DNA of 64,000 nucleotides from Macrostomum lignano. Its lineage: Eukaryota. The stretch spans positions 1 through 64,000 of the forward strand of contig NIVC01003302.1 in NCBI GenBank assembly GCA_002269645.1, read 5' to 3'. Below the pieces are notes generated by a model. That model was not told where the DNA came from, did no database searches, and worked only from the letters and a program-made list of their open reading frames with translations. A program made the translations under genes and the position numbers. This document shows positions 1 through 22,584 of the stretch, in pieces. Positions within the stretch are counted from its first letter, which is position 1. Each line of letters begins with the position of its first letter.

Positions 1-1775
1 GTCTGCTCGGCTACTGAGTGGGCAAAGTGAAAAAAAGCACGGCTACATCATTAATGCAGCCTACTGACAAGTAGGATGGATAGCGCAGCTGGTGGAAGAA
101 AATCGCATGTGATCGAAGCGGCAGCAGGCGGAAATTCTCGCGATTCCGCAGCGGAAGGGGAATCTCATCCCCGCTTCCTCAGCTTTCGCAGTTGAGAAGG
201 AAGGGGAAGCGGGCGGCTTCCGCGTTCTCCACTGCTCCCCCCCCCCTGACCCCTCCACTGCCTTCCCAGCAAACTGCTCACTCTGCTGCGGTCGAGGCAG
301 CAGATTTGTGTTTTATTAATCCTTTTAGACTGGCCGTTCCGCCCAGGCACCTCCCTCCAGTTTGAGCTTCTCTCCCGGCTGCAGAGCAGCTGCTGAACGG
401 CGGGCATCCGAGGGCAGGGGGGGGGGGCAGCAGCGGTAATTTGCACCGGAGGTAGCGGCCGCGTGGCCCGAGGGCTGCTCCCGAATCCTGTGCATCCGCT
501 GGGGCCGCGCGAGACAGAGGCAGCGCTACAGAAGAGAGGCGGGCCGGGTTGTGAAGGACAGACAGCTCGAGAGGGTATTCGAGAGGGTGTTCGAGCAGCA
601 ACAGGCCCGGCTGTCCCTCCCCTGTGCAACCTGCTCTACTGAGATTTTCTCTTGGGTTTCAAAGAAATTAAAGCAAAGACAAATCCGTTTATTTGACTCT
701 TAAAACAAATTTTCTTGTTTGAGTTTTTTTTTAAATCGGAATGGACAGCCAGTGGTAGGTGTAGCCTAAAAGGAGACAGAGAGCGGCGCAGGGGGCCTCG
801 GTCGCTGCCGCGCAGTCCATCGCCGAAGTACACACAGGTGCAAAATATGGGAAGTTAATTATTTACGACGTATTTAGTTTGGATAAGTTCGCTTTAAAAG
901 TGCAATAAATAAAAAAACCGGTCGAGTATGCAGTATAGAGAAATGCTGCACCAACAAGGGAATCAACGAATGAATGTTCTTTTGTACATGCACTTTAACT
1001 ATTAATATTTCAGAGCTCTTGATGCTAAGGGGGCTGTCGTTGGTGAGAAATATTGCCATAAAAGTAAAAGTGCACGCACAAGAACTTTTCTTTGTTAATT
1101 CCTTTGTGGGTGCAGCATTTCTCGACGACCCTATGGTTACGAGATCGTGGCAACCGCGACTGAAACGCGTGGATATCAAGTCCGTCCTCTGAACTATTAA
1201 CAATTCTCTTACCGCACAGTCCGCACTGAGTCTGCAGCGGTGGCGTGAGAGCAGGAACATAAGTGCTGTGCGGAGCGAGTCTGGTAATGCGCTGAAATCT
1301 GGCTCTGAAAAAGTTTTACTTGGCTTTCATTCCAAGACTTCTAAGCTGGAATTCTGTGCAAAGCTTTGCAAACAGTGCGAACTCAATGGACCTGGTGGCG
1401 TGGACCCACAGGAAAAGTGCAGACCAAAACCGCATGCAGGCACAACTCTGCAGGGCTCCGGTCCCTGTTTGCCAATGCAAGGTTGCATGCGGTGCCTTCA
1501 AGAGTGGACCATTGCATTGCGCTGATCAACTCTGCACATTCCGGAGAAGCAGTTCGAGTTCTACTTAGAATCTCCGTGATTCTCAAAAACTAGTTTTGGC
1601 AGTGCTTCTGGAGTAATGATCAAGCTGACGCAGTCTTCGGTTAGATATGAATGAAAATTCTGCTGAATTCGGACATTAGTTATTACAGGGTCGAATTTAA
1701 ATAGCAAATAGCAAAATAGCCAGTTCTCCATGGCAGCGGCCTGAGCTCTGGCTGGCGTTGTGCGGGCAGGTTGCG

Positions 1776-12161
<10,386 letters not shown>

Positions 12162-12776
12162 GGCGTCGGTCCAAATTAGCAGTTCGCGCGGCCTCAATCA
12201 ATTCTTGCTTATCTTCTTCCGCCGCCGCAATTAGCGAGCCGGAGGCAGGCAGTGGCCGGCCCTGCCAGTTGCTGGCTGTTTTTGAGCCTCCCTGCTCAGC
12301 CCCCCATTGGCTGCAGGCGGGGAGGCGCGCCGGAGACGAGAGCCGCAGTAGAGACGGGGGGAGAAGAAGCAGCAAGATATCGGCTGAGGGAAGTTGTCCC
12401 ACCCTCTTCTTTGCCTGGAGTTTTAGCGCGCTTTTCCCGTACTCTCGAGTCTTCCCTTGCTGTCTTCCCGCAGCCGCGGCCGTCTTGTTTGTCTCTCCCG
12501 CCCTCCGGCGCTGCCGCGGGAAGCATAAGGCTGAGCCTGCTGTTTTCGATCCTGAGCTGTCATTCAAAATTCAGCGGCTCGGGGATATTTTACCCTTTCT
12601 TTAGGGGATGCATTTCAGCCCCACCTCTCTGCCGAACTCAGAGCTGATCGAGAAAGTCGTTAGGGATCTGTTTGTTACCTGAGCCGGGCAGGTCGATTTC
12701 TGTACTGAGAATTATCATGAGAATGATAATTATCCACTAATATAGATGAACCCCTTCTCATGTTGATTTTATGGGT

Positions 12777-13467
12777 GACAGTCATTGTCAAGCTGAGGTG
12801 ATGGGTGACAGTCATTGTCAAGCTGAGGTGATGAGTGACAGTCATTGTCAAGCTGAGGTGATGGGTGACAGTCATTGTCAGGCTGAGGTGATGAGTGACA
12901 GTCATTGTCACGCTGAGGTGATGAGTGACAGTCATTGTCAAGCTGAGGTGATGAGTGACAGTCATTGTCAAGCTGAGGTGATGAGTGACAGTTATTGTCA
13001 AGCTGAGGTGATGAGTGACAGTCATTGTCAGGCTGAGGTGATGAGTGACAGTCATTGTCAAGCTGAGGTGATGGGTGACAGTCATTGTCAAACTGAGGTG
13101 ATGAGTGACAGTCATTGTCACGCTGAGGTGATGAGTGACAGTCAATGTCACGCTGAGGTGATGAGTGACAGTCATTGTCAAGCTAAGGTGACGAGTGACA
13201 GTCATTGTCAAGCTGAGGTGATGAGTGACAGTCATTGTCAAGCTAAGGTGACGAGTGACAGTCATTGTCAAGCTGAGGTGATGGTGATGAGTGACAGTCA
13301 TTGTCAAGCTGAGGTGATGAGTGACAGTCATTGTCAAGCTGAGGTGATGAGTGACAGTCATTGTCAAGCTGAGGTGATGGTGATGAGTGACAGTCATTGT
13401 CAAGCTGAGGTGATGAGTGACAGTCATTGTCAAACTGAGGTGATGAGTGACAGTCATTGTCAAGCTA
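12777..13467. repeat. 30-mer minisatellite GTGATGAGTGACAGTCATTGTCAAGCTGAG, ~23 copies
   Basis: Tandem units visible between the SUEL lectin stop codon and the synaptotagmin 5' region. Confidence 0.95.
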
Positions 13468-13547
13468 AGGAATATGCTCGTATTAAAAATAAGGTATTTA
13501 ATATTCGAATGAGGAAATGAGGAATTCGAAGAGCATTCGTCAATCAA

Positions 13548-15273
13548 TCAAGCTGCTGCCTCACCTTGGCAGGTGTAGTTGGCGAACAGGTACTTGTAGT
13601 TGCCAGGGCACGGGTCGCCGCCGAAGTTGTCGTTGCTGGCCACGAAGCTGCAGCTCTGCCGAGCGTCGCACTGCGCCCGCACGAAGCTCAGGGAGTTCGG
13701 GCTCCAGCAGTTGTTCCTGCTGCTGGTTGTCCTGGTGCAGGCCGTGCTGAACTCGTCCGACTTGCCGTACATGGCGAACTCCGTCTGGATGGCGCCCGCC
13801 GGGCAGCTCAGCTCAGCCGCTGACCTCTCGCACACCAGCAGGGACTGCACAGCGGCCACTGCGGGACGAGTTCGGGCATCTCTGCTGACACTTCTACTGA
13901 CATTTCTACGGGCATTTCTACTGACATGTCTACTGACATTTCTACTGACATTTCTACTGACATTTCCACTGACATTTCCACTGACATTTCTACTGAAATT
14001 TCTACTGATATATCTACTGACATTTCTACTGACATTTCTACTGACATTTCTACTGACATTTCTACTGACATTTCTACTGACATTTCTATTGACATTTCTA
14101 CTGACATGTCTACTGACACTTCTACTGACACTTCCACTGACATTTATACTGACACTTATACTGACAATTCTACTGACATTTCTACTGACATTTCTACTGA
14201 CAAACTAGTAGTGCGGTAGGGATATGCGCGGAGACGGTTTTAATGGATGCAGTTTGGTTCAGCTAATCGAAGGAGCCCTAGAAACAGAGCCTGGGGCAGA
14301 AGACCTGAACGATCTGCGGGATGCTGCCATCAAAACACCTCTTGCGACAGATGAAGAGGCGAGTGTTTGGTTTAATTACAGAGGCTGAAATTCCTGCCTG
14401 CCCAGTGACAAGGACACCGTGAACTTGATGGCCACTCCAAAACTATTTGGCCCGATACGAGGGTCGATCGCGAAATTTGCATGCCATCATTTCTGGACAC
14501 GGCTCAGACCAAATAAATGCATTAAAACAGATGAAAGTTCAGTAATTAGAAAAATTTCTGCTACAAGTTGAGGCAGCTTCTCGGTGCTAAAATTGCTTTC
14601 GGCTTTCATGCATGGCTGTTTCTATCTGCTTTTTGCTGTTGCATCTGCTTTCCCTGCTGTTCCCTCCCTGCTGTTCCGTCCCGCTGTTCCCTCCCGCTGT
14701 TCCCTCCCGCTGTTCCCTCCCGCTGTTCCCTCCCGCTGTTCCCTCCCGCTGTTCCCTCCCACTGTTCCCTCCCGCTGTTCCCTCCCGCTGTTCCCTCCCG
14801 CTGTTCCCTCCCGCTGTTCCCTCCCGCTGTTCCCTCCCACTGTTCCCTCCCGCTGTTCCCTCCCGCTGTTCCCTCCCGCTGTTCCCTCCCGCTGTTCCCT
14901 CCCGCTGTTCCCTCCCGCTGTTCCCTCCCGCTGTTCCCTCCCGCTGTTCCCTCCCGCTGTTCCCTCCCGCTGTTCCCTCCCGCTGTTCCCTCCCGCTGTT
15001 CCCTCCCGCTGTTCCCTCCCGCTGTTCCCTCCCGCTGTTCCCTCCCACTGTTCCCTCCCGCTGTTCCCTCCCGCTGTTCCCTCCCGCTGTTCCCTCCCGC
15101 TGTTCCCTCCCGCTGTTCCCTCCCGCTGTTCCCTCCCGCTGTTCCCTCCCGCTGTTCCCTACCGCTGCTCCAGCCCTTCGCATGAGCTCACCTTCAGTCT
15201 GTCCTCCGAAGAAACTGGCGAAGAACAGTATGGCTGCTGCCACTTCAGTGCTCAGATGTTTCTTAGCTGGCAT
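13548..15273 (-). CDS. Secreted single-domain SUEL / rhamnose-binding (Gal_Lectin) lectin, ~130 aa, 2 exons
   Basis: Exon 1 15273-15192 encodes a signal-peptide-like MPAKKHLSTEVAAAILFFASFFGGQTE and ends at a phase-1 GTGAG donor. Exon 2 13858-13548 has a phase-1 acceptor and the SUEL motifs AMYGK (cf. ANYGR) and DPCPGNYKYL (cf. DPCxGTxKYL) with 8 Cys. A possible donor at CAAG/GTGAG just before the stop leaves a further exon open. Confidence 0.88.
13883..14205. repeat. 12-mer minisatellite ACTGACATTTCT in the SUEL lectin intron
   Basis: Tandem units visible next to the acceptor. Confidence 0.95.
14652..15165. repeat. 13-mer minisatellite CCCTCCCGCTGTT in the SUEL lectin intron
   Basis: Tandem units visible next to the donor. 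Confidence 0.95.
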
Positions 15274-15504
15274 GGCTTCTGCTTAATAGCTGGTATATCA
15301 TTCAGTGCAACTCTGACCCTTACAGAAGGCTTCTGTTGGAGTTTTATTGCGTAGTTTATTATCCCAAAGGACGGATAGAACTCTCATTGAATTAACTCTA
15401 CCCAATGCCAACTGCGACTGTGGTCACCAGCAATTTGATTGGCTCATTGCTTGCTGTGCCAGAAGCTGGCTGAGCTAAACTGAACTAAACTGAAATTAAC
15501 TAAA

Positions 15505-15772
15505 CTAAACTGAACACACGAAGACGCAAGAAGACATAAAAACACAAGTAGGTACAAAGAGACACAAGAAGACACAAGAAGACAAGAAGACACAAGAAGG
15601 CACAAAGAGACACAAAGAGACACAAAGAGACACAACAAGAGACAAGAAGACACAAGAAGACACAAAAAGGTACAAGAAGGCACAAGAAGACACAAGATAA
15701 AAGAAGAAGACACAATAAGACATACGAAGACACAAAAAGACACAACAAGAGACAAGAAGACACAAGAAGACA
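15505..15772. repeat. A-rich degenerate ~10-mer repeat (AGACACAAGA)
   Basis: Low-complexity tandem units visible. Confidence 0.8.
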
Positions 15773-16333
15773 GAAATTCGAACGTGCGAGGCCGCAGGTA
15801 AGGCCCCAGCTCAGTGGTTAGGACCAGTTGAAATCAAAATTCAGAAGTCACGGCTGATGGCGCAGATGCAGATGCTCTCAATTGAAAAAATAGGCTGTAC
15901 CAAAAGTTCGTTTCACACCCAACTGCGCGGCACTCAGATGGATTCAATGACCGCATGTTGCTACTGAATACAAGTAGTGCAGGTTGACTATTAATTTGGC
16001 AAGGATGTCCCTGGCAGCCAGTCAGATCGCAGCGATTGCTGATACAAAAAAGCAATCCGGAAGCTCCGCGGCCCTCGCTGGGACAGCGGAAAGGCCAGCA
16101 TGCCGGAGGGAAGCAAACTGCCAGCTGCTGCTCCTGGCTGTCTCTGCCCCCTGTTGCTGCTGCACGGCAGTGAGAGGTGACACGGAGTCTCCCGCATCTT
16201 GCCGGAGCCAACAGATGAGCGCATTGCATGAATACTTAACTGTTGCATTGGAGACTTCTTCTAGGAGGAAATGTACTGCAGCCTAGGGAAATAGGAAAGC
16301 ACACAAATATTGCCAAGTCTGGTGTGTTCCTTG

Positions 16334-16462
16334 GATGCGGGATCCGTGATGCGGGATCCGGGATGCGGGATCCGGGATGCGGGATCCGGGATGCGGGATC
16401 CGGGATCCGGGATCCGGGATGCGGGATCCGGGATCCGGGATGCGGGATCCGGGAGGCGGGAT
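16334..16462. repeat. 7-mer array GGGATCC/GGGATGC
   Basis: Tandem units visible. Confidence 0.9.
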
Positions 16463-17691
16463 CATCCCCCAAGCCTGGGCGCCCCTTTAGTCTACATCTC
16501 ATCACGAGTCAGGATTGAGCAAAGAAGGCCGTCACTCAACTAAGAGAACACAGGAGCCGACTGCAAATTGGCTGCTACAATCAAAAGAAGATGCATTGCA
16601 ATTGTTTTAGCAACTGCAGCCGCAGCCGCAGCGTAACAGCGGGTTGTAAGGAAGTTTTTCCAGACGCAGTGCAAAATTTTTGAAGGGCAGTGGCCAAAAA
16701 TTAATAATTCAGGTCAGCTGCAGAATTGGTGCACCAGCAACTTCGCTTCCGCTGACGAATGTCTCACTAGGAGTAAATCTGCAGTTTTTACACAATACCG
16801 CACGAGTACCGCACGAGACCCGCACGAGTCCCTGAGCCAATGCCGCTCGCTGCCGTGCGGAACCACGTAGCTCGTAGGAATGAACTCGAATTGGGCTCAG
16901 GGCAAGGCTATCTTGTCAAAGCCATCAAAGGCCTCGCAATGCCCCCTGCAGCACCCCAAGCGGAGGATTCCATGCTGTGAGATGCGGACGCCTAGCAAAG
17001 TCTCTGACTACTTCTCACAGAGAGGGTTAAGCAGATAAACTTAACCGCTAAAGGGTGCTAAAACTTTATTAGCAAGTGCATTTTGTGCCTTCAAGCATTC
17101 CAGAGGTCGCCCATGGAATGCAGGTTGGCTGAAATCAGGTGAATTGACGAGTCCTCAACAGGGGATTGTGATCAGCTTAGCTAGCATCTAAGCTTAGGGC
17201 AGAGTGGCAGACCCGGTAGTCTACATGTAGTGATAGTGGCACTGCCCTTCTCTTTGTAGTTGGATCGTCTCTGAAGCAGCAAGGCAGAAACACATGGAAT
17301 ATGAGGGACGCAGTTGAACCAGACGCAATCTGTCCTAAGCAGCGGTGGCTTCGTATTTATAGATACCGAAGCACCGCGTTTAGAAAGAGGGAGGTGCTAG
17401 ACTGGCAAAAGAGCTGAAGGTCAATGAAACAATGCGACACAATGAAACATGATAATGCAGGGGGACGCAGTGATTAAGGCGAGGTACAGAGCAAAGGCAG
17501 CTTTTTGCTCAGAGATGCAGAGCAGTTTTGATCAGCAAAAACATTTCTAGCAAACTTCGGAGGAACTGTGAAATTTCCAATCAAATTTGCAACTACAACA
17601 AGCAAAGTAGAGAGAATTGAGCATTGAGAAGGCTGAGGAAGCAAAACTCAAGACAGACAAGATTTGATAGTTTGGCTTTTTCTCGAGGCAG

Positions 17692-18443
17692 TCAGGGAGT
17701 CAAAAGAACCAACCACCTGCCGTACGCGACCACCTCGCACAGGGTCAGAGCATCCAGGCTTTTATGCAGGTCCACCTGCACCGTCCAGCCCACCCGGCCG
17801 CAGCTGAAGTTCTTCGCAGAGAAGCTGCTCGGCTCGAAGTAGGACGCGAACTCTGAGAGCAGCAGTCTACCCGGTTGTACAGGGCCACGCGGTCGATGTA
17901 CGCCCGCTGCGGCAGGCTGGCCCGCCACCAGCTGTTGGTATTGGGGCTGGTGTGAGTGCAGTAGCCGCTGAAGAAGTTCTGGTTGGCAACGCCGTCCATG
18001 GCCCTGCCGCAAGGTGGGGTCAGTGTTGATTCTGCTTCTAAAGAAAATAAATTATTTTATTAAAAATATTTTTGTCAAACTTCATATTTACTAATTTCAG
18101 ACATCTTATTGTTCCCTGTTTAAGCCGTGAAATTTCTCCAATTGGAGACTTTAAAAAACAAGAGGAATCTACATTATTTGGGTAGCTGATGAAACATGAA
18201 ACCCTTGCCTGCTGTAATCCGCCTCCTTCACCAGCAGGCCGTCGGGGCGGTCGGCGCCCAGGCCCAGCCAGCTGCCGTAGTACAGCTCCCAGTCGGCCTA
18301 ACAGCACAGCAGCGCACCAGCTGTGGAAGTCCACTCCCGGAGCGCAAGTTGCGGGTCGCAAGAAGCTGAGGCTGCCAGCCGCCCAGTCCCACAGAGGCAG
18401 CCGCAGCGGCCGTCAGAAGAAGATCCACCGGAGAGGCCCGCAT
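17692..18443 (-). pseudogene. F-type lectin (fucolectin) paralog disabled by a 37-bp frameshifting deletion
   Basis: Exon 18443-18209 is signal-like (MRASPVDLLLTAAAAASVGLGG...DWELYYG...EADYSR) with a frame break near 18296. A GC-AG intron spans 18208-18004. The next exon encodes AMDG...CTHT...WWRASL...YNRVDCCSQ and then lacks the 37 nt present in the paralog at ~19449-19485. Confidence 0.75.
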
Positions 18444-18750
18444 TCTTCCCTTTATTTCATCAAAGCCTCTGGCTTCCCCCATCGCCAACTCCTTAAATCA
18501 GTTTACAGTCGCCCGCTTAGCCGCGTGAGCGGCAGCAAAAATAGCTTGTCGCAATCAATTCAGCTACTTCCAAGTCCGTCGCAAGTAGTATGAGAAAAGC
18601 CGCGTGGAGTGGATTGTCAGCTACAGTCGCAAATCATTTTTGGGATAGTATTTTGAGCGAGTCCCTTTCTAAATGGAAGATCGCAGCTACCAGGTGGAGG
18701 CTCAGCATTATTTAAGCAGCGCACAGCAGTGCCAAGTATTCTGCACCAAA

Positions 18751-19617
18751 ATGCTGGTAGTGAGGGGCAGGCAGCAGCTGCTGCTTTGGGTGCTTCTGGC
18801 CGCCGCTGCGAGCTCATCTGCTGGCAGTGGAAGCGGCAGCCACCGCCGACTACCCCAGCAGCCTGTTCGCAAAGGAGTCGGGTGAGTCTCTCGCACCTGT
18901 GCTTTCATTGCCGAGCTCAAAGCTCTGATTGGACTCACGCCTTTCATTGCCGAGCTCAAAGCTCTGACTGGACTCACGCCTTTCATTGCCGAGCTCAAAG
19001 CTCTGACTGGACTCACGCCTTTCATTGCCGAGCTCAAAGCTCTGACTGGACTCACGCCTTTAATTGCCGAGCTCAAAGCTCTGACTGGACTCACGCCTTT
19101 AATTGCCGAGCTCAAAGCTCTGACTGGACTCACGCCTTTAATTGCCGAGCTCAAAGCTCTGACTGGACTCACGCCTTTAATTGCCGAGATCAAAGCTCTG
19201 ACTGGACTCACGCAAACAACTCATGCAGTGGAGGAGCGGCTGCTGTTCTCCAGCTGCCAGCAGGTCGACACCGGCTTTGGCGGCCCGTGCGGCCTGGCCA
19301 TCGACGGCAGCACCAACCAGCACTTCTCTGCCGGCTCCTGCACCCACACGAGCTCCGCCAGGAACGCCTGGTGGCGGGCCAGCCTGCCGCAGCGGGCGTA
19401 CATCGACCGCGTGGCCCTGTACAACCGGGTAGACTGCTGCTCTCAGAGGCTCAACAACTTCATCATCAGCCTCAATGGCGTCGAGTTCGCGTCCTACTTC
19501 GAGCCGAGCAGCTTCTCTGTGAAGAAGTTCAGCTGCGGCCGGGTGGACCGGACGGTGCAGGTGGACCTGCCGATCGAAGTCCTGACCCTGTGCGAGGTGG
19601 TCGTGTACGGCAGCTAG
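18751..19617 (+). CDS. Secreted F-type lectin (FTP/fucolectin domain), 2 exons, apparent frameshift in exon 1
   Basis: Exon 18751-18881 starts with a hydrophobic leader (MLVVRGRQQLLLWVLLAAAAS) and needs a 1-nt shift near 18810 to reach LLAVEAAATADYPSSLFAKES and a phase-1 donor. Exon 19229-19617 carries the exact fucose-binding motif H-X26-R-V-D-X4-R (CTH...YNRVDCCSQR) and ends LTLCEVVVYGS*. Confidence 0.82.
18905..19212. repeat. 39-mer x~8 filling the F-type lectin intron
   Basis: TTGCCGAGCTCAAAGCTCTGACTGGACTCACGCCTTTCA units visible. Confidence 0.95.
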
Positions 19618-20112
19618 ATTTTCTGATGCCCCTGGAATTCATCCGTTGAGCAGCCGTGCAGCAGCTCCTCCTGAGCGCTCGATTTCTTTAATTTTGATGC
19701 ACTTTTGCAAGCTTTTCAGCAAGTCGCTACCGACTGCCTGCCTCGGAAAACTGCGATCCGTATGGAATTTTCAAAGAGCATACTGTCCTTTGGTGATGCC
19801 CCGTTTCTAAACAAACTTGTAGCAATTCAGAAGCTGTCTTCAATATTTGTCATATCTGAGGCCTGTTGACAAAGGTGCAGAGAGAACTGAGTGATGGGAA
19901 CCTATGAGATTATTTCCCACGGGGCAGCTGCAGCATGAGAATGACGGGATGGATTTGACAGGGGCTCATTGAAGCGAAAATTTCTCAGGCACATCTGGCA
20001 GATATTGACAGATTTTAACAAAAAATTCACATTGTTACTGGAATTCTGGCAGGGAGAACCGGCCGTGTTTGAAGGGCTGCAAGAGTTACAGTCAGAGCAT
20101 CACCAAAGTTGG

Positions 20113-21035
20113 GACTGAGTAGTCAGTGTACTGAGTAGTTATTTTACTGAGTAGTTAGTGTACTGAGTAGTTATTTTACTGAGTAGTTAGTGTACTGAGT
20201 AGTTATTTTACTGAGTAGTCAGTGTACTGAGTAGTTATTTTACTGAGTAGTCAGTGTACTGAGTAGTTATTTTACTGAGTAGTCAGTGTACTGAGTAGTT
20301 ATTTTACTGAGTAGTCAGTGTACTGAGTAGTTATTTTACTGAGTAGTCAGTGTACTGAGTAGTTATTTTACTGAGTAGTCAGTGTACTGAGTAGTTATTT
20401 TACTGAGTAGTCAGTGTACTGAGTAGTTATTTTACTGAGTAGTCAGTGTACTGAGTAGTTATTTTACTGAGTAGTCAGTGTACTGAGTAGTTATTTTACT
20501 GAGTAGTTAGTGTACTGAGTAGTCAGTGTACTGAGTAGTTATTGTACTGAGTAGTTAGTGTACTGAGTAGTCAGTGTACTGAGTAGTTAGTGTACTGAGT
20601 AGTCAGTGTACTGAGTAGTCAGTGTACTGAGTAGTTATTTTACTGAGTAGTTAGTGTACTGAGTAGTCAGTGTACTGAGTAGTTAGTGTACTGAGTAGTC
20701 AGTGTACTGAGTAGTTAGTGTACTGAGTAGTCAGTGTACTGAGTAGTTATTGTACTGAGTAGTCAGTGTACTGAGTAGTTATTTTACTGAGTAGTTAGTG
20801 TACTGAGTAGTTAGTGTACTGAGTAGTCAGTGTACTGAGTAGTTATTGTACTGAGTAGTTAGTGTATTGAGTAGTTAGTGTACTGAGTAGTTAGTGTACT
20901 GAGTAGTCAGTATACTGAGTAGTTATTTTACTGAGTAGTTAGTGTATTGAGTAGTTAGTGTACTGAGTAGTTAGTGTACTGAGTAGTTAGTGTACTGAGT
21001 AGTCAGTGTACTGAGTAGTTATTTAACTAAGTAGT
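20113..21035. repeat. 16-mer minisatellite (ACTGAGTAGTTAGTGT / ACTGAGTAGTTATTTT variants)
   Basis: Tandem units with alternating variants visible. Confidence 0.95.
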
Positions 21036-21427
21036 CAAACACGGGGAGAATTCAAAAATTGCCATTTATCTGGCCAGAAAAATCCAAAAATTTCGATGTT
21101 CAAAAGCCGCTGTTCCAGTCGCCAGTAGGTCGATGGGACAGCAGCACCAGGCGCCTTCTTCCTCACCTGCTCTCAACACGAGCTCCACCAATAGTACCAA
21201 GAGTTTAGAAAAACTGCAAGTTGCAAGTCAGTGTGAGAGATGCCTACACATTATTTCTAATGCAATGTAAAATAGCTCATGTATTTAAAAAATCTGTACT
21301 GCGTGAACGCGTGAAGGCACAGGAACAGCTGGTTTGTATTCAGAATGCGCTTGCTCTGAGTTCGCAGCAGCCAAGCAAATCCTTCCCTCTAAGGCCGGCA
21401 GGAAGTGCGGGCGGCATTTGAGCTCTG

Positions 21428-22369
21428 GGGCCCGTGCTATAGAATCAGGAGTTAGGAGTTAGGAGCTAGGACTCAAGAGTACTCTTGACAAGGAGTGATT
21501 GAATTTTGTGTGCTATAGATTTCAGGAGTTAAGAGTTAGGAGCTAGGAGTTCTTGCAAGGAGTGCAGCCTAGGAGTGGGGGTGTGTTCAAGGAGTGTTGC
21601 GCAATCGTTTAAGGATGATAGAGAATTGTGTGCTATATCACAATCCTAACTTTACGGTCCTTAAGGATTGAATCTCAGGAGTGAAAATGCAAATTGCTCA
21701 AAAAATATCATTTGTGAGAGCCGTCGCTGCACGCAAAGAGGTTCTCTTTGGTGCGTTCAGTACAACCATAACTAAGAATGCGAAGATTGCTATGTGGCAA
21801 GACGTGATATTGGAATGTTGGAATTTGTTAGGACACACTGATGTTGGATGTTCGATTCTGTGTCGAATTCTATCTGTTAGGCTTGAAAGCTGGATATCGT
21901 TAAGTCTAAAACGCATAGCACTCTCGGCTGGATCTTCTTCAAAAATATTAATTCTTGCCTTAAATTATCGACGGCGTCTATCATTGACTCCTTCCTCATC
22001 AGAATCCGATTCGCTGTCCGAAAACATTATAATCCTGTCTAAGAGTGAAAATTGGCCCTTGAACTCTTGCTTAGGAGTCAAGAGTTAGGAGCGAAATTTT
22101 CTCATTCTATAGGACACACGCTCCTAGAATGACTCCTAAAAGCCAGCTCCTAGCTCCTAGCTCCTAGACTTCCTCTCCTAATTCTATAGCATGCCACGGA
22201 CCTTAATGAGTTCTCCTAAATTCACCCAGGAGTCTCCTAACGTCCTTAAGGAGCCTCCTAGCTCTTAAAATTTACTCTTGATTCTATAGCACAGAGAAGC
22301 CAGCTAGGAGCTAGGAGTTAGGACACTCTTAAGGATTTAGGAGTTAAGAGTATTCTATAGCACGGGCCC
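21428..22369. mobile_element. Non-autonomous, internally deleted PIF/Harbinger DNA transposon (942 bp)
   Basis: TIRs GGGCCCGTGCTATAGAAT / ATTCTATAGCACGGGCCC with CTG (CWG-type) 3-bp TSD on both sides. The + strand has a Myb/SANT-like start (RKEVLFGAFSTTITKNAKIAMWQDV). The - strand from 22027 has a transposase-like N-terminus (acidic tract, RRRR*, MRFRL...IRHRIEHPT). Confidence 0.85.
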
Positions 22370-22584
22370 CTGGACTGGCCCGCCTCTTGGTCTCACTGGG
22401 GACCCAACTGGTCTGAGAGATTCTTGTAGCTCTCGCTCTCCGCGAGTGCAGCGCTATGCTCTGTACAGTGCCGCACTGCCTGAACAAGTTGTGCAGGAAA
22501 AATCACAAAAATAACAAAATATCACAAGATTCTACTATTGAGGTCAGTTTTGGCAGCTTTCACGAACGAAGTTGGCGGCCGAAA

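Noticed and set aside
1-1750. Short ORFs and a possible micro-exon (~1007-1041) at the window start
   Set aside because: No homology I can recognise and no consistent exon chain; cannot be supported from this window.
15984-16290. Possible orphan signal-peptide exon near 16100-16170 and a + strand donor at ~15799
   Set aside because: No downstream domain exon could be joined to it.
16796-16830. Three tandem CCGCACGAG (N-box-like) motifs as a regulatory cluster
   Set aside because: Indistinguishable from an incipient minisatellite in a genome full of them, with no linked TSS evidence.
18298-18317. A 20-nt GT-AG micro-intron that would restore the F-lectin frame
   Set aside because: Far shorter than any other intron here (smallest 68-80 nt); a single missing C explains the frame break equally well.
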